Source of the DNA: Trichosphaerium sp. ATCC 40318
Taxonomy: Eukaryota; Protista; Tubulinea
DNA: 64,000 nt
NCBI GenBank assembly: GCA_038496445.1
Contig: JALMLS010000621.1
Span: 62,001-126,000, forward strand
Reading direction: 5' to 3'
The notes beneath the pieces are model-generated. The model did no database searches. It had not been told where the DNA came from and saw only the letters and a list, made by a program, of their open reading frames with translations. Each line of letters opens with the position of its first letter. Position 1 is the first letter of the stretch. The translations under genes and the position numbers were made by a program. Below, piece after piece: positions 1-12,300 of the stretch.

Positions 1-2
1 AT

Positions 3-581
3 GGAGTTGCGATAGCAATGCCTAGAGCTTATGGATCTGTGTTGGATGTGTTTGCCAATCCTTCAATCGACACTGTGGCGGTTGTAGCTGAGAGTACGTT
101 ATCTACGCTCACACAACTACACAGAGAAGGTGTAGTGCATAACAACATCACGCCAGATAACATCTTGGTGTTCCCTTCAATGGACATAATGCTCACTGAT
201 TTTGGCGCTTCTGGGTATGTAAAGGATACCAGAAAGCTCAAAACCTTTAAGGGCACTCCTGGTTATGTGTTGCCGTCTGTTGAGCGCAAAGGGTACACAA
301 CGCAGAATGACCTTTACGCAGTCGGTGTGACGACAATGCGTATCGCATTAGGCGACGAATACGTGCCTTGCGATGAGTACTCTGGTGAAGGTGAGTTCGA
401 GGTTAACCGCCTCTGCTTTCAAAAGTTGAAGGAAGTATTCCTGAAACGCTTTGAGCACTCGCTTCACCATGATGAGTGCTTGCTAGTCGATTTTGTTCAG
501 GCTTGCCTGGAACCATCAACCGAGTATCAGAGTGCGTCGGATTTGATGGAACATGATTTCATCTCATTAGCGTATGACTGA
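3..581 (+). CDS. Protein kinase-like domain (C-lobe), probable pseudokinase; 5'-truncated by window
   Basis: Frame is open from the window start. Kinase motifs: VVHNNITPDNILV (normally HRDIKPEN), LTDFG, GTPGYVLP, NDLYAVGV, DFVQACL...LMEHDFI. The catalytic Asp is replaced by Asn. Confidence 0.8.
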   Translation, partial: GVAIAMPRAYGSVLDVFANPSIDTVAVVAESTLSTLTQLHREGVVHNNITPDNILVFPSMDIMLTDFGASGYVKDTRKLKTFKGTPGYVLPSVERKGYTTQNDLYAVGVTTMRIALGDEYVPCDEYSGEGEFEVNRLCFQKLKEVFLKRFEHSLHHDECLLVDFVQACLEPSTEYQSASDLMEHDFISLAYD

Positions 582-2288
582 AGGTCGGTGTAGAATCTCT
601 TGGGATGCCATTGTTTTTGGCAAAGGAGTTTTTTTTTCAGAGAGTTTTTTTAAATTGTAGGTGGGATCTTTGGTTTTGGGTTGTGGTATGAACCAAAGAT
701 CTTCTCTCATTTCTCTCTATATTTATGTTTTTAAAGGGTACCCTTGTTGGTTTGGTATTGTGGGACGAACCAAAAGGGCTAGACCTAATTTTTTTTTTAT
801 TTTTTATTGGATTACTTTTTTTATTTTTTAGGTGTTTTCTGTTTCCTTGATCGTATTGTGTGTGTGCGTGACAGGTTATTCTGTAACAGTTTGCCTCTTT
901 AATAAAATAATTATTCGTTTGATAACATTGGAAGTTGTTGTTTGTTCATAGTCATTGCCATTCATCGTTGCATTCTCAGTTTTTTTTCTTGTCTTGTTTT
1001 CACAATTGAGCCATTCTATTTCAAAACTCATTGAAGTGTCATTATAAAACGTTGATAAATATATTGCATGCATATGAGACGATGCAAGAGAAGCGTAGAA
1101 TATCGCAGCTTTGAAAACAAATAAAAAAAGCATTATTGTTTGTACTTATTGTTACCTTGAGGCTTATTTTTTTGCACTCAACTGGTAGCTGCCAACAATC
1201 TTTATGTATTGTACATTGCTTTTTTTAATATTGCTGTAACCTTTTAAGGACGGGAAATCATACAGGCGTCCACCTCAGCCAGCTACTGCCGAGGTTTTGG
1301 GAGTTTTTGTTGGAATTGTCAATTCCTTTTTTTTTTTGTTTTGTTTTTCTCGCAGATGACAAATCTGCTGTCGAGAGAAAGTACCAAAGTATTTCTTTTT
1401 ATCATACCAAATACTTGATAGGAAAAAAATTGTGGTAACACCTAAAGTAGTCCACATATCCTCTGGGCACTGCTAAACACTCAAAACGTTGTTTTTCTCA
1501 TTGTTGCGTTTTGCAAATCAATCAGAAATTTGAACCACTTTTCGATCTTGCATCAAACACAAATACTCGAATTTCGATATAGACGTTTACTTTAGTACCC
1601 TTTTGGTTTATGTAACTGTACAAACGGCACTACAAGGATGCAAAAACCACAACGCCAAAAGCAAAGCGATTTGCAAGTGCTGCAAAAAACAATACCAAGT
1701 GCGTGCTCGGATAATTGCTTCAGCTTAGGTAGTAGTCAAAAAAAATGATAAGCGTTACACGCCTGTCAGAAGTATCTTGCAAAAGTACATTGTCCCATAA
1801 CATCCAGTCGCAGTGGGTTACAGCGTATCCATCGCAGTAGACTAAGCGTACAGAATGCATGTCTTTCTACATCCTTGACAAGTCAGTGTCGATCCAGAGG
1901 TTGTAGTGTTGGCACAAATAATCGATAGGCATGAAACAACACAGATGAGGGTTACAGAAGTACGTGTCATCTTGTTTTAGGGTTATCGTCAATTGTCATG
2001 TTAATAGTTAATTAACTTGCCAACTTTTTTTTGTATGTGCGGTTTGACATAAACTAGTCTCGATAAGTTCATGGCTATTAAGATCCAAAGTAGAACTATC
2101 AACTAAATTGCCTATTTTTCAGCAAAGTAAACTGTCTTATACCACCGGTTAGCACCATTGTGGTGACTGTCTGCCTTTTATCAGATACATTTTGTCTGAT
2201 TAAAAATTTCCTCTATTTTTTATTATTATTAATGTACACGTGTTTTGGGATTTCTTTTTTTTTTTCATATTTCTTTTTTTTGATATAA

Positions 2289-5200
2289 TTACAAGTAGTC
2301 ATCAACCACTCTTGCCGGAGGCGGACGTTGTGGTATAGGAGGTAAACGTGTTTTTTTTTGTACTCTTCTTACTTCTGTACGTAATTTTGTTAAATCCCTT
2401 GCAGGACAAGAATAACTAAGAGCACGTGTTCGCTAAAAATAAAATTAATAAATGTTTAGATTTTGTGTTTTGGACTTACGTTTCTCCTTTTGAGCTTTGG
2501 TGTTCCTCCTGATGGTTGTGGAGGTATTTTAGGTAGTTTCTTTGTAGCTCCAGGTGGTACAGGTCTTCTCATCCGTGGTGGACCTCGTGGAGAGGCCATC
2601 TTAGGTGTGCTTGGAGGTGGATGTGTAGGACTACTTTTTGGAGGTACAGGTCTTCTTACTGTTGGTTTAGAGTCTTTTTCTTCAGATGATTCACCGTTTT
2701 GGTTTGTATTTACAGTCGGTTCCTCTTTTTCTGCTTCTTCTGGTATTATAGGATCAATTGGCCTCAATCCACCAGGCGAAGTAGATAAAGGACGTCTTAT
2801 TGGTGCAAACAAAGGTTTTGGTTTTGGTGGCCTTACATTTGACATTCTAGATTGGAGTTAACTTTTTGTTTTTGATGCATAGGCAGCTTTGAAGGCGAAA
2901 GCCTATGGTGGAGATCAAGGCGTACCTTCTCTGTTGTTTTAGTTTTATATTTTTCAAGGCTATTGTGGCGCTTCTGTGTCGACCTGAGGATAAACGATAA
3001 GTATTTTTTTCGAATCGTTTTTTTTTTTTTGGTTTTGATAAGAACTTACGCATTTGTTTAGGGCTATTTACTTTTGATGCTGTGTGTTCTTTCTTATGGT
3101 ACGAAATGCTATCAACCTGAAGTAAATGTAAGATAAAAGCTCGAACCTCAAAAATCAACAAAACACGTGCCCATTCTTTAGCTTCTTCTATTGAGTCTGT
3201 ACGTATATAATAAGCTTTACTTTCGCATTGTAACCACTCTTTATGCTTTGTTTTCTTTGCTATGACTATCGTGAATCCATTACCTAATAATAGTATTTAA
3301 TAATCACTGTGTTAAGTATATAAAAAACAAAACTAATCAACCGGGGGAGTTCCTGTACAAAATAAAACAGAGCGGAAAAATAATGTCCGCAAAAGTTGTG
3401 CAGTATCTTTTTTAAGGTTCTCAACAGTTAAAAAGTGCGTACCATGTGGTAAAAATGCAACTCGTTCTATATCTGATAAATCGACCATTTGTTCCATCTC
3501 ATATGGCTTTGAAGGCGCAAGGCTCTTTTTTAATAGCTTCCTTAAATTAATTTTCTTCTTGGCAAGGAGTAATGCATCATTAAACAAAAACAAGACACCT
3601 GTTGATACAAATAGAGTGAGAATCTTTTTTCTTTTGTTTTGATTTGAATCAAAACGTGATTTATCACGTGTTTATTCAGTTCTTTTTTTTTTTTCTAAAC
3701 CTTACCTTTTGTTTTAGGGTTAATATCAGCACCATATATAATCTCACTTTGCCGTATAAGCTTACGACTGATAGCAACCAAGTCCTTTAAAAAAAAGTAA
3801 GAAATGACTTAAGGTATTTAAGTAAGACTTAAAAAAAAGTTGATCGTTTCACGTGAGATCTCCGAAATTAGATGTTATAACGCACCACAGAGTGTTTACT
3901 TCCTTTTCCTGAAATACTAATAGGAAATTAAGGAGATGGAGTTTTTATTGTTGTAGTACCTGTCTCCGATGTGAACGAGAACTAAAGTTGCCTCGTATAT
4001 TTTTTTTTGAGTATCCATCTTTGTTGCTACGGACGATACAAGCTTTAATGCTTCCTTCAAGCGCTCATAATCCTCATGTGTTTCGGGTGTACATTTAAGA
4101 AGCTCTTTGATAAGAAGAGGATACTTTGTAACGCGTTGAATTGGCTAGGAAGTAAAAGTTAGTAAAATGACTTTCCGCCATAAAAAGATGGTCTGTCCTG
4201 TTTTTTTTCTGTTTGTTTTTATTGTCTTACCTTTATTCTGTAAGAAGATAACGTTTGTCCAACAATCAAAGCTTGTTTCTATGACCATAATGAGAAAAAA
4301 GGTAAAAAAAACCATTGACTAAGAAATTTAGTCTTACACTCAGGAACTCATCGAAAGCTGGCATCTGTCTTAATCTCATGATTGTTTCCGTTGTTGAATC
4401 AAATGACATGACATACGTCGAGTATATAAGGAAGTATTTGCCCTACAAATCACGTTTTAGAGAAAATTTCGCTTCTTTTTTTTTCTGAAAAATACAAAAG
4501 AACTACAAAACATGTTGGTTCAACAGTTGACGTACAAACTTTAAGAATATATCACCAATTAACTCATTACTAGGCCATTCGTTATTTCTAGAAACTAGTT
4601 CTCCTAGGAATTCCTTGTTTATATTTAATATCGTCCGTAACTCGCTGAACATTGCAGCGTATTGACCTAATAAAAAAATAAGAAAAAAAAACAGTAAAAA
4701 AAAAGGTTATCGCAAATAAGATCGTAGCGAATGATCTTTAACGGAAATGAAACTCTGACGTATAGTTTAAACGTATTAAAGTAGGTTTTAATGGATCACA
4801 AAGAACAAAAACCAAAAAAAACGCTAATGGAGAGTAGGAAACAAAAAAAACACAAAACGACTTTTTGGGGATAAAGTACAACTTTTTTTTTGGTTTTTTT
4901 TTGGGTTTCGATAGAGGTGTATTACACTTTGCACTTTTTGTTAATAAAGGAATATAATTTTCGCTTTTTTCATAATCTCCACGTGATCGAACCGACAAAT
5001 TAATAAAAAAAATGTAAAATAGATCTAGAATACTCCCTTTTTCTTTAAATGTAATTAAACGTACTCTCTGATAAAGTTAAACCAGCTTCAGACGCCTGTA
5101 AACCTCTATCGTACGCCTATATTAAAAAAATTAACTACTGTTTTTCTCCTCCTGCAACATTTTGTTTTTTTTTTTTTCGTTGTCGTCAAAAAGACGCAAT

Positions 5201-5575
5201 CTAAACGAAGTGTATATATACCTCAACGCATTCTTTCAAGTCCTTGACATAGCGTAGTTCCGTTTCCACAATCTCTTGTACAACCATTCGACGCTGTTTA
5301 CTAACCGCAGGCGTCAAAGGGACCTTAGTCTTAGGTCTTGAAGGAATGTTTAGGTGAGGCGGAGCAGTTTGCTGCGCAATATTCTTGCATTTAGCCAATA
5401 AGTCCATTTTATCACGTGGTACAAATTCTCTAACTGCTGATGAGCCCAAAGAGGCAAATATTGCTCTTCTTTGAGGACCAGACAGTGGTTGACCAGCCAT
5501 GGCTTTTTGTAAGTCACTGGCTATTTTTTTCGATGTAATATTTATGCTATGATATCTCCGCCTTCTTTCTGTCAT
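2289..5575 (-). CDS. Dbl-family RhoGEF (DH-PH) with proline-rich C-terminal tail, multi-exon
   Basis: DH start RRMVVQEIVETELRYVKDL (5300-5221). DH core IQRVTKYPLLIKELLKCTPETHEDYERL (4146-4060). PH-like FLFNDALLLAK and YRTDSIEEAKEWARVL. Splice phases join a small exon (~2985-2926) to the Pro-rich ORF at 2846-2480, and a last exon 2432-2289 ends ...VVDDYL*. Confidence 0.85.
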
Positions 5576-7735
5576 GTTTGCTACGCCCTTTTTGAAGTCC
5601 TTTTGCGCTGTTTTCTGTTAATTGCCTATACGGATTCCTCTCAGGTATTGTTCGATTATACACGACGGTATGTTGTTGTGTATAACAAGGGGTTTTCGAA
5701 GGAGCGAGAAGAGTTGTTTGTAGTGTAAACTTTAAGAAAAAAACGAAAATCACATAAAGCAAATTAGTTTTGTGAGAAAACTGCACTGTTTTTGCCCTCA
5801 CGTGGGTTATGCTGGGGAGCTTATTACATATTATACAAAAGTGTTGTAATTGAAATATAACTTAATGATATGCTGGTGACAACATACAATCGTTGTTGAA
5901 AACGCAAACCATGTAATAATAATGTTTCGGAGCACGTTTGTGTTCTAAACATAGGGTTGTTAGTACTACCGAGGTTATATGACGACAACAAACGGGGTGT
6001 ATGCGTGGGACACTTTAGGGGAACCATTCTTAGAACAACCAACCTCACTACTAATGTAAGTATTGCCTTCACCAATTTCCACGCGTTTCCAAAGCAAAAA
6101 CATAAGGTGCTGTTGTTCATGATTCCGGTATTTATTTTTGACCTTGAATTGTAGCTATAATGGTACGAGAGCGTGTCCCGTTTCTGAACTCGCAAAGGTA
6201 TATACCCTAAACGAATTAGACTTCAAACTCGAACGATTTTTTTTCGAAGACAGAAAATGAAAATAAAATTATGATTGGAAAGGCGGTGGCTCTCTGCTCG
6301 CTAGTGTTCCTCAGGTGACTTCAACGAACAAGGCTATTCAACAAAGAAAGCTCCGTCATTATGAAAACAAAAACTCCCAAAAAGCACAAAGACGCTAGGA
6401 GACACGTGCCTGCCAAGTGCCAAGGTTCAATTTGCCATCAGTAATAGGTATTGTTATGTTAGCTCCGAATAATGAAGACTTCACGTGTGCAGGCATGTCA
6501 TCAGGTCCTTCACAAGAGTGCCTATAACTCTTGCTTTCCGGTACGATAGTATCAACTATATCAGCCATGTCTCAAAAAAACTTATAAGACCTCAAGGCAA
6601 CCATAACGGTTTGTTTTTTTTCTTTTTTTTTTTTGGTTTGTTTTCTACCTTGTGCTCTTACCTAAGCGTACGTCTTTATCCCAGTTTTCATTTAGAGATA
6701 GTGCTGCTGATGTGTGTTGTACTAAAAACAAAAAGTAAGCATGTTGGCGCTAGGTTGACGTTTGATGTTGGGTTTTCTTTCAACAGAATCGTTTTATATT
6801 GTGAACTGCTTGAATATGAGCGTGTGGAGTCGTTGTAGGACGTACAGAATAAATTGAGGAGACCAACCTTATATTCTTTTATCTGAGGTACCTGGTATCG
6901 TGTATGTATGGTATAAAGCCGTTTATACACTCTAAACTAACGTACGCGTTTACAAATTTCTTCGGTAACCTAAGAACAACTTAAACTTCATTCCTGCATG
7001 CACAAAAATACAACTTAGCGTAGTAAATGCTATTTTACGTAACTTTTACAAATACGTACCAAATGACAACCTCTGCCTAGCCTCGGCATCTTCACAGTCT
7101 GTTGTGACCACATAATACGTAAATAGCGCCCGTATTACAAACGACGACAAAAAAAGCAACGGAATTGACTCGACTTTCCGAGATGTTGTTTTTTGCTTCA
7201 GCGTGACCACCCATATTTTTATTTGGGTACGATTGCCGTGTATAGTCACAAAGACCAGCCCGAAGTATCTAGAGGGACTATCTTTATAAGTAGTTTTCCA
7301 ACTGTTAATCCCACGTGACAAAAGATGACCAGTTCATGAGGCATTGTAAATCAGCAAAATAAAATGGAACAAGCATGCGTTTTGAGCTCAAAGTATTGGT
7401 GTAAAGTAAATTATAAGTCTTAATCACTGCTTACCACTCCGTTAGTTATTCACAATCACAATAATTAACTCCTTTTTGTAAATCACAAACCAAGACAAGA
7501 ATATAGATGCACGTGATTTGTATTCTGGATAGAGACTATTTTAAACCAAGAAACGACAACAAACTCCATGTTAGTTCTACCCGTAGCGTGCTCAATCACT
7601 TTTACCAGGAGTATGTCAAGTGGTTGCCACTTTTGAGAAACGCTTGTATCATCGCTCGTGCTAATGATGGACAAACAAGACAAAATGACTGACATTGAGG
7701 TTTTAGATGTTCCACTGGAATACCATTAGATACAA

Positions 7736-7773
7736 TCCCGGCGAAATAATTGGGCGCATTTATTTCGCCGGGA
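7736..7773. repeat. Perfect 14-bp inverted repeat (hairpin) with 10-nt loop
   Basis: tcccggcgaaataa-ttgggcgcat-ttatttcgccggga; a GC-rich stem in AT-rich intergenic DNA. Confidence 0.8.
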
Positions 7774-8566
7774 AAAGGAAAAGAATGGACTGTACATCAA
7801 TTCCTCCTTTCTCGTCGTGTACAACTCGTTATGCATTACTGAAAACTTACTATTGATAAATAAAACTTGTAGGATTAGCCCGCCACCACCGTTTCGCTCC
7901 CATATCCTTTCTTCTTACAAAGGGGGTAGAAGGTCTGGAGTGGTTGGTCTCTTTGGTTTGTACCGATTAAGGCCAAACACGTGTTCACTTGTTTATCTCT
8001 CTCCGTCACAGGGAGTGAATGGTTATGTTTTCTCTCGTATGACAGATGATGCTTTGTCTGCTCTTTGGAATCACTAAATTTAGGTTTTTATAACCCAGTG
8101 TCACGCTTGGGTGGTGTACATAATATCGAGTCAAGGGGTTGTACATTTATCATGGATACACACCGCCTTTTAGGGTGTATGAATATAATAAGTGGATCAA
8201 AAATATCTCTCTGGTGCATATAATCGTACTGGCATGTAATGCAACTTACAATTGGCTTGTGCCACTTTAAAGTATTGAATGTGCATCACTGTCATAAAGG
8301 GTCTAATGCGAAGCACTCAAACGTAAATCATTATTTTTGCCATTTACAGAGTTATCTTAACCTTACGCTGATATTTTTATTTTATGTCTTTTGGTATTAC
8401 TCAGTGATGAATAGACTGTGATGGTATTCGTATTAATTGGTTCTTCTGCGATAGCCACTTGTGAAGAAAGACGATATAAGTGAACAACTTCATTAGCTTA
8501 AGCGTTTATTTTACATTACATTCTTATCACGTGGATGCACGTGACAAGTACAGCCTAAGATTTTTT

Positions 8567-9380
8567 TTACTCTACAAAACCGTCTAGCGAGGTGGTTGAG
8601 TCATAGTCAGGAAGCTTGAACGGCTTTTTGCTTTTGGCGTTGAGTCTTGCATAATCGATATGCTTGAACTTTGAAAATTTGAAGTTGGTGTCCCATATGT
8701 TACGAAGTACGTAGTCTTTCCATTTACCATCAATAACACCTTCTCCATTTATACCATGATGATTTATCTCTACAACTTCTTTCCAAGCTGTTTGTCCAAG
8801 AACACCTACATCAGGAAGTCAGAAAAAACAAAACAGATTCTATAAGAAAAAGTTGCTGTAAACGTACCGTGTGGTTGGTCTTTTAGAGCACGTTTATCGC
8901 CGTTGTACTTGGTTCTCATATTCAGATGGCAGGTGCTATGTGATGAAGATGAGAATCTGACAGAGATTCTGTAGTGCTGAGTGATGACTTGAATGCGATC
9001 ATTGTTTGCTTTTGATCTTTTCAGTTTTCCCAAGCTCAGTGTCTTTCTCGCCCCTGATGCAAGTGGTCCACCGTTGAATTCAATACGATGAGACAGATTA
9101 TTACGATCACATGATACAAACAATCTGTCATTTCCAAGGATAATACCGATCTGACCCATGTATGTTTTGTTACTCTTTTCGCGGAGATCAGCGTGTACAA
9201 ATAAAGAGTTTACAGCCACATCGTTGTCGCTAATGATGGCATAGTACATGTCTGGCTTTGCGTGGAAATCTATGAGGTACATCAGCGAGTGTTCAAGAAG
9301 TAAAGCACGAGGTTGATAAAAAGCGTACCGAATTTTTGTCCGTTGAATCCAACAAAGTGAGGGTCACCAGAGATACCTGG
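8567..9380 (-). other. C-terminal VWD-like / root-cap-like domain with GDPH motif (part of gene A)
   Basis: ISGDPHFVGFNGQKF|DFHAKPDMYYAIISDNDVAVNSLFV...TYMGQIGI...HLNM...PHG|VLGQTAW...GEGVIDGKWKDY...DTNFKFSKF. GDPH codons are at 9368-9357. Confidence 0.7.
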
Positions 9381-12300
9381 GTTTACACAACGGAATGTGA
9401 AGCTAAATACACTTTCTCTGTTGGTTGTGGTATTACGCAATGTTATCGTGATGTTGATGAATTGCTCTAAAAACATGTGTGAGCCATTTGCTTTTAATAG
9501 CTGTATTGCTCAAGGCATACCTGTTAATAAAGTGACATTTTGAGACGTGAAGACAGGGCCAGAAGTGTCTGTGAATGAAGATCCATCAAGAGAGAATTCG
9601 AAAGTAACTTCGTCTGTATTTACAGTGTCGACACTGACTTGAATAACACCGTCAGGAACAAGTTGCTTATTCAGTGTGATGCCATCCTAGGAGCACAAAA
9701 GTGAGACCAAAGCGTTTTAACTTTGAAAATTACGTACCTGTAAGATAACAACAATACCACCTGTTGGACTGATGATTTCAGGCATACGTGTCATATCAGG
9801 AACAAGGAAGAACCCAAAATCAATATTATTATCTTCAAAAGGAAGTGCTCCTGTTGTCAATGTAGCACAAGACAATTCAGATAAAATCCCATCACCGAAG
9901 ACGTCAATAGATTGAATAGGACCTCCATCAGAATCCATGGTAGGATCCCCACCTTGACCTGAGAGTGTAGGTTGAAATCCTGTATCACTAGAAAGATATG
10001 AGGTACTGACATCAAAGAATGAAAGGCGTACGTGACATTCACACAAATGGTGTACTCAGTATTTGGGAAGATGCCATGGTCAGGAGTTGTAAAGTTAAAG
10101 TTACCGCCGGCTAGAAAGTTTATATGAGTACTTGGTGGTCATGGTATTATCTAGCAAGCGTACTTGTAGTTGTAGTAACAGCATAGAACATGTTGTTTTC
10201 AAGAACAACGATTTGAATATCAGGAATACCGGTATCTTCAGGGTCTAAACATCAAAAGTAAGAACTTTTCCTTCAATTCAATGGGCTTTTGTACCTTGTA
10301 TACCATCCCCATCGATATCCAAAAAGATTGAGTCTCCAAGTTCTACAGAGTCTGGTAGGAACCCAAAGTCTACAATTGTCGATACATCAGTGTTGTTTGA
10401 TCCCAGCACAACTGTTGCACAAGCAGCAGAAGTTTCTGGAATACCATCTCCATCAACATCGATTAGCCTTTTTCACGGTTAGTACAACACATTTTATGTT
10501 ATTGATTGTTTCCGTACATTGGCAATCCATCAGAGTCTGATCCAACAGGTGCAGGTACATTTGCTGGAGAGGGGAAGAGCAAAGGAGGACTTCCAAAAGG
10601 CACACAAACTTCGTAAGTGGCATCAGGAATCAGTTGGGTAAAGTTGTAGCCACCGTCTGGATCGCTAACTGTTGAGTCCACAAGTGTTCCATTAAGGAAT
10701 AAAAGAATGGTTGCATTGCCAATTGGCGGTTCTGAAGGATCTAGTTGAAAAAAAAGATTAGCGAAGGGTGACTAGGTAGTAAGATAGTCTTGTACCTTGA
10801 ACGCCGTCTCCGTCTGTGTCAAAGAAAAGAAGGTTACCAATAGTAGATGGAACGATGATTACTGCGAAATCAACGTTATCTGTGAAAGATCCATCGAGCG
10901 AAGTGGTTACTTCTCCGCAAGATGCGCGATCGTTTGTGCCATCACCATCAAGGTCAAAATCAAATGATAAGACACCATTTGAATCCATACCAGAGTCAGA
11001 ACCTTGGCCTGGTGGAGGAATCAAAGGAAAGAATGGTCCACCCAATACACCAGAGATATCAGCGCAAACAGTGTAGTTTGTATTACGAGAAAGAGGTGGT
11101 GAAGGGAAACTGTATCTGCCCATAGTATCAGTTGTAGTTGTTGTAACAATGACACCAGAAGTATCAAATATAACGATGAAAACACCACTTGGTCCATCTT
11201 CTCCAGGATCTGCGAAAAGGTGTTAGTCACGTGCGCAGTTTTTAAGAAAGAAGGGTTGACATACCTTGTACGCCATTCCCATTGTCATCTAAGAAAATGC
11301 GATCTCCGACGAGCATAGTTACAGGTGGATGAATGATTCCTATATCCACTGTAGTGCTTAAGTCTAAGCCTGACAATGGCGTTGTGACGGTTGTACAAGC
11401 TGCAGGTGCAGGTGTGCTACCGAAATTGAAAGTTGAAAGAGTGGCATCATAGTCAAGGTTTTCATCAGAGCCGATATTGAATGGAGACACTGTCTCATCT
11501 TGTTCGAGTTCGACGCAAATTATATACTCTGTCAAAGGATCGATGCCATCTGATGACACAAAAGTGTACATGCCATTGGTATCAGTAGTTGTACGACTGA
11601 TTTCAGTTCCATTTGTCAGCGCGATTACAACCAAACGAGATGGTACAGGCAAATCACCAGAATCTTTGTGTTGAAAATTAGAAATGATTGAACTGACTGT
11701 GAAATGGTTGTACCTTGAATGCCATCAGAGTTTATATCAAAAAGAACTGTATCTCCAATTTCAATTGGAGGATCAGTTATAAAACCGAAATCGTTTGTGA
11801 GGTCACTAGCACCTGCTGGGGGAGATACCTGCAATGTTGTTAGTTTTTTGTCAAATAAAACAACAAATAAACAAAAGAGATGTTGTTGTTTTTTTCGTAC
11901 AATGCTGGCGCATGAGGCTGCGTCTTGAATAAAGTCACCATTAAAGTCATAAGAATCAAGAGATCCGTCAGAATCGAGTGTATCATCAGCAATAGCATTT
12001 TGAGTTGTTGGTACAGTGCCATCAGGTTGTTGTACACAAATGATGTATGGTGTTAAAGGCAAGAACATATCCTCGCTGATAAACTGGTAGAAACCGTCTG
12101 GATTAGTTGCTCTTTGTATAACAAGGCTTCTATCTTGGCGCAATAGAACGACTTGCAAAGGAGAAAAGGTTCCATCTCCGAGGTCTAACAAAACTGGTTA
12201 ACTTTTTTGAAATCAAAAAAAAAGGTGTACCTTGAACACCATCGTAGTTCCTGTCACGGAATACTCTGTTACCAATCGAAGATTGAAGAATACCAACATC

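Noticed and set aside
876-1133. 85-aa ORF with hydrophobic N-terminus
   Set aside because: No family motif and composition matches AT-rich non-coding DNA; insufficient support.
2456-2861. Stand-alone Pro-rich gene and antisense Gly-rich ORF 2463-2861
   Set aside because: The Pro-rich ORF splices in frame to the RhoGEF; the antisense ORF is its mirror.
5600-8500. Short ORFs in the intergenic region (e.g. 5824-6195, 6485-6838, 7507-7692)
   Set aside because: No recognisable domains or consistent exon structure; low-complexity AT-rich composition.
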